Shown here: piece by piece, positions 27,284 through 36,707 of the stretch
How the letters are laid out: every line of letters starts with the position of its first letter
Position numbering within the stretch: the stretch's first letter is position 1
IMG/VR virus record: IMGVR_UViG_3300045988_176682
Length of the DNA stretch: 64,000 nucleotides
DNA from: a virus
Reading direction: 5' to 3' (one strand)
Notes under the pieces: generated by a model
What the model was told of the DNA's origin: nothing
What the model saw: only the letters and a program-made list of their open reading frames with translations
Databases searched by the model: none
Program-made: the position numbers and the translations under genes

Positions 27284-27775
27284 ATGATAATAAAACCGAA
27301 AGAGTTTCTAAACGAGCATTGGTATCTGGATTCTAAAACCGTTACCCCTGTCGAGTTCGTAAGAAGTTTTTATTTGCGTTCCGGGGTACATTTGGGGGGC
27401 ATCTTCTCTCTAAATCCGTGCAAAGATAAAAAATGTTGTAATCCGTATCATTTCCGGGTTGGGCTTTATAAAGGAAAAACCGGAGCAATTAGAACAAAGA
27501 TGTTAAACCTTTTAGATACCGCCGACGACATTAATTGGATAGAGTGTATGGCTCATGGCCCTAAGGGTTATCTAAATTTATATAATTCTATGCAGGAAAG
27601 GGAGGCCTTTAAAATAACCGAAACCGAATTGGTACAGGCGTTTTTTCTAAAAGCCCTAAGTTTAACCCCGGAACAAAAAGCTTTGTCTTTGGATTTTTCG
27701 AGGATTTTAAATAATCCTAAAATTATGGGAATACTAACTAACACAATTATGGGAGCCGATAAGGCCGAAAAATAG
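27284..27775 (+). CDS. hypothetical protein
   Basis: 163 aa from the ATG at 27284, with GAGGAGG 9 nt upstream. The ORF-track start at 27230 is unlikely. Confidence 0.5.
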   Translation: MIIKPKEFLNEHWYLDSKTVTPVEFVRSFYLRSGVHLGGIFSLNPCKDKKCCNPYHFRVGLYKGKTGAIRTKMLNLLDTADDINWIECMAHGPKGYLNLYNSMQEREAFKITETELVQAFFLKALSLTPEQKALSLDFSRILNNPKIMGILTNTIMGADKAEK

Positions 27776-27881
27776 GCCAAGGAAACGCGAATCAGCTATT
27801 TTTGGTATAAGGGTAGCCAAACGATAAAAAAGCCTCTGTACGGGCAAAAAAAATATGAATTTGATGAGGAGGGTTATATCT

Positions 27882-28172
27882 ATGAATAAATACGAAATGT
27901 GCAGGTTTTGTGCCAAACAGGGCTGGGAAGAGGTCCGCAAGGATTTAGCAAACGCCAGGGTATTTGATTATAAGGACAAAGAAGAGTTCCTTTGTAATTT
28001 TGAAAATGATTTTTATTCGCCTTGTTATTCCAGATTTGATAACGGTTTCTATTTTGAAAGCGGTAGCTGCTGTTTTGAGATAGAATGGTTGGATAATAAG
28101 GTTACTTTGACGGGAAATGTTAACTATTTTCCGAAAGACAGCCCGGAAATTTACAATTACTGTTTTGAATAA
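27882..28172 (+). CDS. hypothetical Cys-containing protein
   Basis: 96 aa from the ATG at 27882, with GAGGAGGG 8 nt upstream. Contains CRFC...C...CC. Confidence 0.45.
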   Translation: MNKYEMCRFCAKQGWEEVRKDLANARVFDYKDKEEFLCNFENDFYSPCYSRFDNGFYFESGSCCFEIEWLDNKVTLTGNVNYFPKDSPEIYNYCFE

Positions 28173-28185
28173 GAGGAGAAAAACA

Positions 28186-28266
28186 ATGCTTAACTTAACG
28201 ATTAAAAACCCGAGACCGAGGACATTATCAATTTATATTCATATCCGAAAAAAAAGAAATCTTTAA
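28186..28266 (+). pseudogene. 26-codon remnant duplicating the 5' end of the 25882 gene
   Basis: AGGAGAAAAACA-ATGCTTAACTTAACGATTAAAAACCCGAGACCG is about 85% identical to 25869..25915. It encodes MLNLTIKNPRPR then diverges and stops. Confidence 0.4.
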
Positions 28267-28377
28267 GAATGCTGAGAGTAGACTAATTGAAAGGGTTTCG
28301 TATGTTAATATAATTCAAAACGGAGACCTTGAGGATATAGATTTTGTTAGGAAATTTTATAGGGGAGATATAATGCT

Positions 28378-28680
28378 ATGACATGTATAAATCAAATAGA
28401 AATCGATAGAGATTTCGAAACCGAAATCGTATTTGATTACGAAAAAATTAAGAATATTTTAACCGAAAATGAACATGAATGTATAGAGGAAATTATCCGG
28501 GTATTAATTCAAAAAGATTTTACCGTCCAATATCTCGGTTGTGATATTTATTGTATCGGAAATAAAAAGATAAGCGTTCTAATGGCTGATAAAAAATTAC
28601 AGCCTCTTATCGAATTATACCGGGAAGGCGGAGAAAAAATCGGACAGATTACAGTAATTGAGGAAAATGAGGAGAAATAA
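28378..28680 (+). CDS. hypothetical protein
   Basis: 100 aa ORF. Confidence 0.45.
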   Translation: MTCINQIEIDRDFETEIVFDYEKIKNILTENEHECIEEIIRVLIQKDFTVQYLGCDIYCIGNKKISVLMADKKLQPLIELYREGGEKIGQITVIEENEEK

Positions 28681-28681
28681 G

Positions 28682-29389
28682 ATGAAAACCAACGGCAAAT
28701 ATAGAGCAGCTATTTATATCCCTTTCTTTACGGGATTTTATGGTACAGTTTTCGAATCCGATGATGATATAGTTAGCACTATCTTTACAGAGGATATAAA
28801 AGAGCGCTTAGAAATCAAAAACCTTAATGATGACAAATTGGAAGATGCTATCGAAAGGGTTTCGGTTTGGGATTATTTCGATAATAAAGAATATGAGAAA
28901 GATATCGGAGAGCAGTTCGTTTATTGGTTAAACAATGAGATTTCCGATATTGAAATCTTAAAAGGTTTCGGATTTGAATATGAATCGATTCATCATCCAA
29001 AAGAATATAATTTTACAACAGATAAAATCGAGGGCTACTTAAACGTCCCGGCCGGAGGGATTGACCGAATTATAAAAGAAATCGAAAGCGATGAAGATTT
29101 CGATGAATATTGCAAGGAAAATTTCTCTTCCTATTCTGGTTTTGTTTCCTTTATTCCAAATAATAAAAAAGATTTTTTGGAAACCTTAAAGGAATATGTG
29201 AAATGTGATGATGAAGTCAATTTTAGTCGAAATTTCAGTCTTATGGTTAGGTATCTTATTGAAAGGGAATTATCTGAACGTGATATTGAGAATATAACCC
29301 AGAATACCTTAGAAAACGTTTGGGAGGGAAATTATTGTAACAGGGATGGTTACGATAATGAATTGATAACGGTTTATAATCACTTATAA
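28682..29389 (+). CDS. hypothetical protein
   Basis: 235 aa from the ATG at 28682, with GAGGAG upstream. Acidic. Contains the third copy of the palindrome. Confidence 0.5.
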   Translation: MKTNGKYRAAIYIPFFTGFYGTVFESDDDIVSTIFTEDIKERLEIKNLNDDKLEDAIERVSVWDYFDNKEYEKDIGEQFVYWLNNEISDIEILKGFGFEYESIHHPKEYNFTTDKIEGYLNVPAGGIDRIIKEIESDEDFDEYCKENFSSYSGFVSFIPNNKKDFLETLKEYVKCDDEVNFSRNFSLMVRYLIERELSERDIENITQNTLENVWEGNYCNRDGYDNELITVYNHL

Positions 29390-29410
29390 CATCTGATAGG
29401 GAGAAGAAAA

Positions 29411-29656
29411 ATGATAATGTATGAATTAATACCAACAAACGGAAGAAAAAGTTTTAATAAAAAAGCTTTGGTTTTGGAAGAATCAGACGGTAAGGTTTTG
29501 CTTAGTTATGGAACCAGAATTATGAAAATTTTTGATAATGGTTTCATAGTGAGATATTGGGATGGTTGGATAACCACAACCGGAACGCATATTAAATCAT
29601 TTTCGGGGCTCAATAAAAAGGAATTTTTGGAATTACCATTAATGGAGGATTTTTAA
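29411..29656 (+). CDS. hypothetical protein
   Basis: 81 aa ORF. Confidence 0.45.
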   Translation: MIMYELIPTNGRKSFNKKALVLEESDGKVLLSYGTRIMKIFDNGFIVRYWDGWITTTGTHIKSFSGLNKKEFLELPLMEDF

Positions 29657-29657
29657 G

Positions 29658-30026
29658 ATGAGAATAAAAGTTATTAAAAAAGACGGCAAGCCCGTCGCTG
29701 TTCGCGCCGCTGAGGTTAACGGCCGCGTTATCAATATTGCGCTGAAAGATGAGTCTAATTGTTTGAATTGGTATAATGCCCTTGAAAAGGGTATTCCGTC
29801 ACTGGCGGAATGGCTGGCAATCTCAGAGAATTTTGAGGCGGTAAACAAAGCCCTGAAACGTGCAGGTGGCGAGCCTTTAAAAGATGAATATTACTGGTCT
29901 TCGTCCGAGTACGGCTACAACTACGACTACCACGCGTGGGTCGTCAGACCGTCCGGCGGCGGCATGGACTACGGCCATAAGAATACCAGTACCCGCGTTC
30001 GTTGTGTTTTTATTGAAGAAAAATAA
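29658..30026 (+). CDS. hypothetical protein (locally GC-rich gene)
   Basis: 122 aa. GC content visibly higher than its neighbours. Confidence 0.45.
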   Translation: MRIKVIKKDGKPVAVRAAEVNGRVINIALKDESNCLNWYNALEKGIPSLAEWLAISENFEAVNKALKRAGGEPLKDEYYWSSSEYGYNYDYHAWVVRPSGGGMDYGHKNTSTRVRCVFIEEK

Positions 30027-30114
30027 AAAAGATATATACATCTATAGAACAAATTAATTGATTCTTAAACTTTTTCGTGATAGGACATAATAAGACATAT
30101 AAAGGAGATTTCTT

Positions 30115-30534
30115 ATGGAAGAAAATGAAAAAATTTTATCAGGACTGACAGCAGCTTTGAAGTCCGGATATAAATATTTCTATGTTCCGGTTCCAGACGA
30201 TTTTAGCTATAGTAGCATATATGGAAGAGTTAAAACTATCGCTAAAGAAATAGGAATTGAAGTAAAGGTAAGATCGAGAATTATTTTAGACGGGGATACC
30301 AAAACCTATTCTAAAATAGCTATCGTTGAAGTATCGGGAATTGATGATAAATATGTTAAAAAGGAAATTGATAAACAGAAAAAGAAAAAAGATGACCTAG
30401 AAAAGAGAGTCGGGTTAATTTGGGAACTTAGAGATAAAGGATACAATTATCGGGAAATTGCGGACAAGTTACATTATAAGTCTCCCGCCTCTGTTATGTA
30501 TATTTTAAGAAAGGCGCTAAAGTATGGCTTATAA
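30115..30534 (+). CDS. DNA-binding protein with C-terminal sigma70-region-4-like HTH
   Basis: RVGLIWELRDKGYNYREIADKLHYKSPASVMYILRKA. Confidence 0.45.
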   Translation: MEENEKILSGLTAALKSGYKYFYVPVPDDFSYSSIYGRVKTIAKEIGIEVKVRSRIILDGDTKTYSKIAIVEVSGIDDKYVKKEIDKQKKKKDDLEKRVGLIWELRDKGYNYREIADKLHYKSPASVMYILRKALKYGL

Positions 30535-30937
30535 AGAAATTGATAAAGAAACCCGGCATGCGATTGAGATGTTAAAGGGTTGCAAATCCGAGACCTTTAT
30601 CGCCAAACATTTTAATGTATCAGTCCCAACCGTGAGAAAAATCCACGGGAAAGATAAAAATAAAAAGAAAGTTATATTAACTCCGGAGCAGGTCGAAGCT
30701 TTGAAAAAGGCCAGAGACCATATCCGGGCATTGAGAAAATACGGAACCGAAAGGTATAATGAATTGGCATCTATGCAAGTTTGGGAGACCGAACTCCCGG
30801 ATGTTAATGTTGTCCTTTTGGAAGGATATCATCGTTGGAACCTTTATGACCGTAAAGGTGTATTGAGAAACGGTCTTAAATTGACCGATAAATTGAAAGA
30901 TTGTTCTAATTTCAGAGAAGTAATGGAGGTGTTATGA
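30524..30937 (+). CDS. HTH DNA-binding protein
   Basis: N-terminal KSETFIAKHFNVSVPTVRKIHG helix-turn-helix. Confidence 0.45.
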   Translation: MAYKEIDKETRHAIEMLKGCKSETFIAKHFNVSVPTVRKIHGKDKNKKKVILTPEQVEALKKARDHIRALRKYGTERYNELASMQVWETELPDVNVVLLEGYHRWNLYDRKGVLRNGLKLTDKLKDCSNFREVMEVL

Positions 30938-31503
30938 AAATAGATATGGACTCCCTTAGAAAAGGGGACGTACTAAAATTTGAAAATGGAGAGGAAGCCA
31001 AGATTGAAAGCATTGCTTTCCGGATGGACGATAAGAAATATTATATCGATCTTGGGACGAAAGTTGCTTTCCGTTTCGATAGCGAGGGTAAATGCGAATT
31101 TCCGGCATATAATATTTCGGAAGCCGTTTTGGTTGAAACCGAAGATGATAAAATAACTTATTACGTCCCCAATATCTTTTGGCAGTTAACCCCGGTAGTC
31201 TCTATTACCGTGAAAGGAGCCAAGAAACCTCTCAAACAAACGATTGTAAAGTCCATTTTTGAGTTGGATGGATTGGGTCCTTTCTATCATGGAGAGATTA
31301 TAAAAGCCGAAATCCTGCCCGTAGTTTACGCTGAGCTTCGTAAATGTAAGGGAAGAGATGTCTCTATACTTAAAACAGAAAAAATCTTCTGTAAGGACGA
31401 AAAAGAGGCCGTAAAAACGGTCGAGACTTTTAAGGAAAAATATCTGGTAGCCGCAGAGGAGAAATCAAATGATGACACCGGAAGCGAAGTTAAAACAATT
31501 TGA
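30934..31503 (+). CDS. hypothetical protein
   Basis: 189 aa ORF. Confidence 0.45.
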   Translation: MKIDMDSLRKGDVLKFENGEEAKIESIAFRMDDKKYYIDLGTKVAFRFDSEGKCEFPAYNISEAVLVETEDDKITYYVPNIFWQLTPVVSITVKGAKKPLKQTIVKSIFELDGLGPFYHGEIIKAEILPVVYAELRKCKGRDVSILKTEKIFCKDEKEAVKTVETFKEKYLVAAEEKSNDDTGSEVKTI

Positions 31504-31726
31504 GGACGTTTATGGTAAAATCGACTTTTGTAATTTGTTGCAAATACCTGATGATATAAAAAAGATTGCCAAATTGGCTGAGGAAAATAGGTTGTTTCAG
31601 GTATATGTGAGGAAAGAACATCTGATAATCACTACCGAGTTTCAGACCAGGATAGAGGCTCTTGGATTTTTTGCCTCTTCCAAAGCATACGAAGCTCCGG
31701 AAACGATAATGATTCATTTACAGTGA
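31469..31726 (+). CDS. hypothetical protein
   Basis: 85 aa ORF. Confidence 0.35.
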   Translation: MMTPEAKLKQFEDVYGKIDFCNLLQIPDDIKKIAKLAEENRLFQVYVRKEHLIITTEFQTRIEALGFFASSKAYEAPETIMIHLQ

Positions 31727-31736
31727 GGAGTAAAGA

Positions 31737-31907
31737 ATGAAAAAATCTTTGAAGGTAAAGGAACTAAGGAAATATTTGGAAACAATGGACGAAGACGCTC
31801 AGGTTATTGTCCAGACCAGATATGGGAAAGTTTCTATCGGATTAATCCGAGAGGGTGTCAAGGATGAAAAGAATTATGTAATTCTTGATGTAGTTTATGA
31901 TAATTAA
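31737..31907 (+). CDS. hypothetical small protein
   Basis: 56 aa (MKKSLKVKELRKYLE...). GAGGAG ribosome-binding site. Below the ORF-track cutoff. Confidence 0.35.
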   Translation: MKKSLKVKELRKYLETMDEDAQVIVQTRYGKVSIGLIREGVKDEKNYVILDVVYDN

Positions 31908-31917
31908 GGAGATTAAA

Positions 31918-32175
31918 ATGAAAGATGATATGGAAGCTATTAAAAAAACTCTTGTTGGACTTGAAGGATTGCCTCTTCTCGATTTCTGCTTTAATAATTA
32001 CATTATTGCTTTTAAGTCTGGTTTTGGGGATTATCTCGTTTTATGTAATTCATTCTCTATGGAGGTATCTGAAAAAACAGCTCAGAAGATTTATAAAGTT
32101 CAAGAAGATTATTATAAAGACATGAAAGCTCAAAACTGGGCTAAGGGTCAATTTGGAAATGCAGGAGATGATTGA
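31918..32175 (+). CDS. hypothetical protein
   Basis: 85 aa from the ATG at 31918, with AAGGAG upstream. Confidence 0.4.
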   Translation: MKDDMEAIKKTLVGLEGLPLLDFCFNNYIIAFKSGFGDYLVLCNSFSMEVSEKTAQKIYKVQEDYYKDMKAQNWAKGQFGNAGDD

Positions 32176-32462
32176 TGGCTTGTTGGTATCCTAAAAGAGA
32201 AGAAAAGAATATTCTTGATTTATTGTTGAATGACAACAGATACCGTAAGGTTCTTTTGAAAATAAAAGAAATGAAAAATCCGAGAGATTCTTATTTGAGA
32301 TTTATTTCAAACAATATGGATTGGATTTATTCTGAAATGAAGAAAGAGTTTGAAAGTCATTTCTACCGGCTGTGTCTTCCTTTCGTTAAATTGATACTAA
32401 AGATAAAAACTTTGATGGAGAAAATAATTGAGAAAGTCAACAATCGAAAGAAAAATTCTTGA
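32172..32462 (+). CDS. hypothetical protein
   Basis: 96 aa ORF. Confidence 0.4.
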   Translation: MMACWYPKREEKNILDLLLNDNRYRKVLLKIKEMKNPRDSYLRFISNNMDWIYSEMKKEFESHFYRLCLPFVKLILKIKTLMEKIIEKVNNRKKNS

Positions 32463-32832
32463 CACCCTAGCAGTCTACCGGAAGTGGCAGAAAGAAAAAT
32501 TCCCTCTTCAAAAAGAACAAGGCTGGTTGTGTAAGGTAAACGAAGAATTTAAAGAATTTTATGCCGAAACCAAGAAAAGAAATAAGGACATTAACCTTAT
32601 TATGGAGGAAGCTGCGGATTATTTGTTTGTTTTACAGGGTCTCAAGGATTATTCCCCGGATTTGGCCAAACATCTGGAGAGTATTTTCTTTCTGGCTTAT
32701 TCAAAGCTTCTTTTCAAGGAAGAATTTGTAACCATCATGGAAATGAAATTTACTTATAATCAAACAAGGGATTTTAAATTTGTTCCACTTCCGGAAGGAG
32801 ACGGGATTTATAAAGGAGACCACCATGGCTAA
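32428..32832 (+). CDS. MazG-like nucleotide pyrophosphohydrolase
   Basis: KVNEEFKEFYAE ... IMEEAADYLFVL, the EExxE...EExxD all-alpha NTP-PPase signature. Confidence 0.5.
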   Translation: MRKSTIERKILDTLAVYRKWQKEKFPLQKEQGWLCKVNEEFKEFYAETKKRNKDINLIMEEAADYLFVLQGLKDYSPDLAKHLESIFFLAYSKLLFKEEFVTIMEMKFTYNQTRDFKFVPLPEGDGIYKGDHHG

Positions 32833-33439
32833 AATATTTTGGTTAGATTTGGAAACCGGAGGAGTTGATAAAAAGATAAATCCGGTATTGCAAATATCCG
32901 GTCAAATAGAAATCGACGGAGAAGTGAAAGAAAGTTTTAACTATTTTGTTAAACCCTTTGACGGACAGGTAATTGACCCCGAGGCTTTGGCTGTATCCCA
33001 TATTAATCCTGAGGATTTGGTAACATTTGAGGAACCGAGACAGGTATTGAATGCCATTAAAAGGATGATGGATAATTATGTCAGCTTTTGGGATAAGACC
33101 GATAAATTTCATTTGCATGGTTATAATTCCAGATTTGATGAGGATTTCTTTCGGGAGTTCTTCAAAAATTGCTCTACAACAGAAAAAGAGTACAAATACG
33201 GAAATGGTTTCGGTTCTTATTTTTGGACACCCTCTATTGATGTAATGCAAATTGCGGCCAGGGAATTAATGGAAAGGAGGGGAGAGCTTCTTCTCACTAA
33301 CTTTAAGCTTAAAACAGTCTGCGAAGCTTTTGGTATCGGAGAGGATTTTAACTGGCATGATGCTTCGGTAGATATTGAAGCAACCAAACAATTATATAAA
33401 GTTTTAACGGCGGGAGAAAAGAATGGGAGAAGTGATTGA
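32825..33439 (+). CDS. DEDDh 3'-5' exonuclease (DnaQ-like)
   Basis: Exo I FWLDLETGG, Exo II HGYNSRFDEDFF, Exo III HDASVDIEAT. ATG at 32825. Confidence 0.75.
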   Translation: MAKIFWLDLETGGVDKKINPVLQISGQIEIDGEVKESFNYFVKPFDGQVIDPEALAVSHINPEDLVTFEEPRQVLNAIKRMMDNYVSFWDKTDKFHLHGYNSRFDEDFFREFFKNCSTTEKEYKYGNGFGSYFWTPSIDVMQIAARELMERRGELLLTNFKLKTVCEAFGIGEDFNWHDASVDIEATKQLYKVLTAGEKNGRSD

Positions 33440-33617
33440 TTTTTATAAGTCTCTTGACATTATCAAAAATAAATGTAAAATGAGGACAATATCGGACATT
33501 ATAAGACAAAAAGAAATTTCTGTTGAAGCTGAAAACAAATTAAAAAACCAGTTAGTGTCTGATGCCAATAAATTTTGTTTGATGCTAGGGATATGTAATG
33601 GAAAAAATACCAATTAG
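33423..33617 (+). CDS. hypothetical protein
   Basis: 64 aa ORF. Confidence 0.3.
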   Translation: MGEVIDFYKSLDIIKNKCKMRTISDIIRQKEISVEAENKLKNQLVSDANKFCLMLGICNGKNTN

Positions 33618-34065
33618 CTATTGGGGAATACACGAATTAGAGGGGGTTAAATTCTATCTTGAACCAGGAACGGTAGATGATGATTTTTGCCCCTTCCATC
33701 CAGTACGAAACATAGTTGAGTGTCCCCATAGAGGACTGTCTGAAAAGACTACCAGAAATTGGTATAAAGCGGCCTACATTCGTTCTGATACGATGAAAGC
33801 TGACAAATGTTTGGAAATGGTCCCGGAAGGATTAATTTTAGATGATAAAACGTTTACATTTTTTCATGCAAAATTAATGCCGGGGCGGAGCTTTCTTTTG
33901 AAAGCATTAAGAATGACAAATGCACTTCCCGTTTTTATTTACGGGATAGATATGGGAACTGATATGGATAAGTTGCTGCCTTTTACACAGCTTCAATATC
34001 CAAGACCCATTTATTTTTGCGGAGACCCATATGTTCCGGTTCCTCCGTATATTAAAATAATTTAA
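33598..34065 (+). CDS. hypothetical protein
   Basis: 155 aa ORF. Confidence 0.45.
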   Translation: MEKIPISYWGIHELEGVKFYLEPGTVDDDFCPFHPVRNIVECPHRGLSEKTTRNWYKAAYIRSDTMKADKCLEMVPEGLILDDKTFTFFHAKLMPGRSFLLKALRMTNALPVFIYGIDMGTDMDKLLPFTQLQYPRPIYFCGDPYVPVPPYIKII

Positions 34066-34079
34066 GAGGGAGAAAATCA

Positions 34080-34430
34080 ATGGATAACGTAGCTTTATTG
34101 AATACTTACATGCAGCTCAAAAGAGAAGAGCTTGCGGCCAAAGAAAAAAGACTTGAAATCGAGCAGGAATTGCTGGAACTTTATGGAGATAATGTAGCTG
34201 AGGACAGAGTATCGGCAACCATTACCGAAGGAAATTTCCAGATTAAAATTAAAAGAAACATCAAATATACCTGTAATGAGAAAGGTTGGGAGTTTATCGA
34301 ATCTCTTCCGGCTGACCTCCGTCCGGTAAAAATTGAATTAGACCAGACAAAGGCTAAGAAAATGCAATGTATGGCCCAATATCTGGAACAGCATGAAACA
34401 AAACCGACTTTCGAAGTTGTAATCAAATAA
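34080..34430 (+). CDS. hypothetical protein
   Basis: 116 aa ORF. Confidence 0.45.
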   Translation: MDNVALLNTYMQLKREELAAKEKRLEIEQELLELYGDNVAEDRVSATITEGNFQIKIKRNIKYTCNEKGWEFIESLPADLRPVKIELDQTKAKKMQCMAQYLEQHETKPTFEVVIK

Positions 34431-34440
34431 GGAGATAAAG

Positions 34441-34746
34441 ATGTCTTATTCAGTAGAAGATGTAAGAGAAATAATATCTAAAATGGATATTGTTGAATCA
34501 ACCGAAACACCAGGTTTATTGAAGCAAGCCAGAGAGGATATTTATATTGGTAATTTTGGTGATGATGAATTTACAAAACATTTTGTTGCCAATCTTCCAA
34601 ACTTCTATCTTTATCTTAAAAAAATTGTAAATGGAAAATCGGAAGATGTTCTCGAAGATGCGAAAGAGTTTCTTAATCATTTTGAAAATATGGCTAAGGA
34701 GCAGCTTTCTACTTCGGATTTTGTAAACCTTTTGAAAAAAGAATAA
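34441..34746 (+). CDS. hypothetical protein
   Basis: 101 aa ORF. Confidence 0.45.
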   Translation: MSYSVEDVREIISKMDIVESTETPGLLKQAREDIYIGNFGDDEFTKHFVANLPNFYLYLKKIVNGKSEDVLEDAKEFLNHFENMAKEQLSTSDFVNLLKKE

Positions 34747-34768
34747 TATCAAAACAGGCGGCGGTAAA

Positions 34769-36106
34769 ATGTTAGAGAATTTTAGTTTAAGACCATATCA
34801 ATCAGCCCAGTTGGGTTTTCATATTCAGCAGGTAAGAAGCCTTAATCTGTCCTCTCCAGGCACGGGAAAAACTCCCACTGCTTGTTTGTTTATCAATTAT
34901 CTGGTAAGAAATGAGGGGGTTAAGGTAGCCTTTGTTATGCCTAAATCTCTTCTTAAGAAAAACTACAGTGAACTTTTTAACTTCGCTGATTTCAAAGAAG
35001 AAGAGGTCGCGATTGTGACTGGAACTCCACAAAAAAGACAGAAAATATACAAGGACCCTAATGTCAAAGTATTTTTGATGGGATTTGACATGTTTTCTAA
35101 AGAATGGGGGAAACTTCCATATGAAACTAATGGCCTGGTTGTCGATGAATTTCATATGGGATATAAGACGGATAGTTCGGCCAGAACTCAATCCTTTTAT
35201 AAGTCGATGAAAGTTATTAAATGGTTTCTGGGGATGACCGGAACTCTTATCGATGGAAGATTGGATTCAGCCTATCCGGCCATTCGGGTTATTAATCCGA
35301 ATTATTATATGAGTTATAATTCTTTTAAGGCTATGCACGCTTTGTATGATTGGGATGGTCAATTAATCGGATGGATAAACCACGACCGTTTGGCTAGAAT
35401 TTTGAGCAAGCATGCTGTGGCCATTAAATTCGAGGAAGCATATAAGAACTCGCCCAAGCCAATTATTATATCTCAAGAGTGTGAAATTATGAATCAGAAA
35501 CAGAAAAAAGCTTATAAAGAGATGGAAGAAATGGCTTTGGTTGAGTTGGAAGACGGTTATTTGGAAGCTCACGGTTCCGGAGGTGTAAAGCAATTAAGAT
35601 GCCGACAGATTTTGGAAGCTCCGGAAAGTGTACTTCCCGGTTTCAAAGGAGAGCTCGGAAAAGATGAAGCCTTAAAAGTTCATCTTGAAGATGCCAAGAA
35701 TAGCGGAAAACCTCTTTTAATCTTTTCAGTATTTCGAGCTGAACAAGACCGGTTAAAGAAGCTCTGCGAGGAATATGGATTTAAAACGGAGCTGATGAAT
35801 GGAGACACTTCGGATAAAAACCGAGCAAGAATTGACAGCGAATTTAGAGAAGGAAAGATTGATATTGTAATCGGTTCTCCGGAAGTTATGTCTGTTGGCT
35901 TTAACTGGCAGCATGTTGATACGGTTATCTTTGTCAGTATGGATTATAAAGATAGTAATTTCAAACAAGCTATGCAGAGAGCCGACAGAGGAACGAGAAA
36001 ATATCCTTTGAGAGTAATCCGTCTTTATTATGGCGTAGCGGTTGAACACCGTCTATGGCAAATTATCAAACGTAAACAAGAAGATGTTAAGAAAGTAGGG
36101 TGGTAA
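34769..36106 (+). CDS. SF2 DNA helicase (SNF2/UvsW-like)
   Basis: LRPYQ, Walker A SSPGTGKT, DEFH box, helicase-C motifs (GDTSDKNRARIDSEFREGKIDIVIGS...QAMQRADRGTRK). Confidence 0.75.
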   Translation: MLENFSLRPYQSAQLGFHIQQVRSLNLSSPGTGKTPTACLFINYLVRNEGVKVAFVMPKSLLKKNYSELFNFADFKEEEVAIVTGTPQKRQKIYKDPNVKVFLMGFDMFSKEWGKLPYETNGLVVDEFHMGYKTDSSARTQSFYKSMKVIKWFLGMTGTLIDGRLDSAYPAIRVINPNYYMSYNSFKAMHALYDWDGQLIGWINHDRLARILSKHAVAIKFEEAYKNSPKPIIISQECEIMNQKQKKAYKEMEEMALVELEDGYLEAHGSGGVKQLRCRQILEAPESVLPGFKGELGKDEALKVHLEDAKNSGKPLLIFSVFRAEQDRLKKLCEEYGFKTELMNGDTSDKNRARIDSEFREGKIDIVIGSPEVMSVGFNWQHVDTVIFVSMDYKDSNFKQAMQRADRGTRKYPLRVIRLYYGVAVEHRLWQIIKRKQEDVKKVGW

Positions 36107-36107
36107 A

Positions 36108-36443
36108 ATGATTAATGCTAAAGAAGAATTAGAAAAAAAGCTAAAAGAAATTGGAAAGACAATTAAAGATATTTATTGGATTCAGATTTATACGGAAGAC
36201 TGGGTAAAAAATTCTTTAAGAAAAAAATCCTTATTGGATTCTGATATTTCTCAGGAAATAGAATCTAATTGGGATAATCTAGATTTCACCTATGATAATG
36301 GTTTTGGGGGCCAGGAGCTTTATGGAACAGTTATCTTCAAAGATGAATCTTGGCTAGAGAGGGGTGAATATGATGGGTCTGAATGGTGGAACTATAAGAA
36401 ATTACCTGAATATAAAAAAGGAGCTTATTTAGATGAAATTTGA
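36108..36443 (+). CDS. hypothetical protein
   Basis: 111 aa ORF. Confidence 0.4.
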   Translation: MINAKEELEKKLKEIGKTIKDIYWIQIYTEDWVKNSLRKKSLLDSDISQEIESNWDNLDFTYDNGFGGQELYGTVIFKDESWLERGEYDGSEWWNYKKLPEYKKGAYLDEI

Positions 36444-36648
36444 AGAAGTAATGCCATATATGCGAGAAGGTAAAAAGGTTATCCGAAAATCTCTTTCACA
36501 TCCTATCTTCATATCTGATTATACAAATAGCTTTGGGGAGACTTACAAGGCCTTTTGTTTTCATGGTGATAAATATATAAATTATTATGAAATTACTCAG
36601 AATGATTTATTTGCGGAAGATTGGGAAGTAATTGGTAGGGTTGATTAG
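36433..36648 (+). CDS. small phage protein of the MKFEEalkamreGKkv..W family (I recall this as DUF2829), paralog 1
   Basis: MKFEEVMPYMREGKKVIRK...DWEVIG. Confidence 0.5.
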   Translation: MKFEEVMPYMREGKKVIRKSLSHPIFISDYTNSFGETYKAFCFHGDKYINYYEITQNDLFAEDWEVIGRVD

Positions 36649-36707
36649 TAACAAAATACAAGCTAATCAAGTAGCTGATATTAAAATACAAGAAAGAGGA
36701 TGATAAG

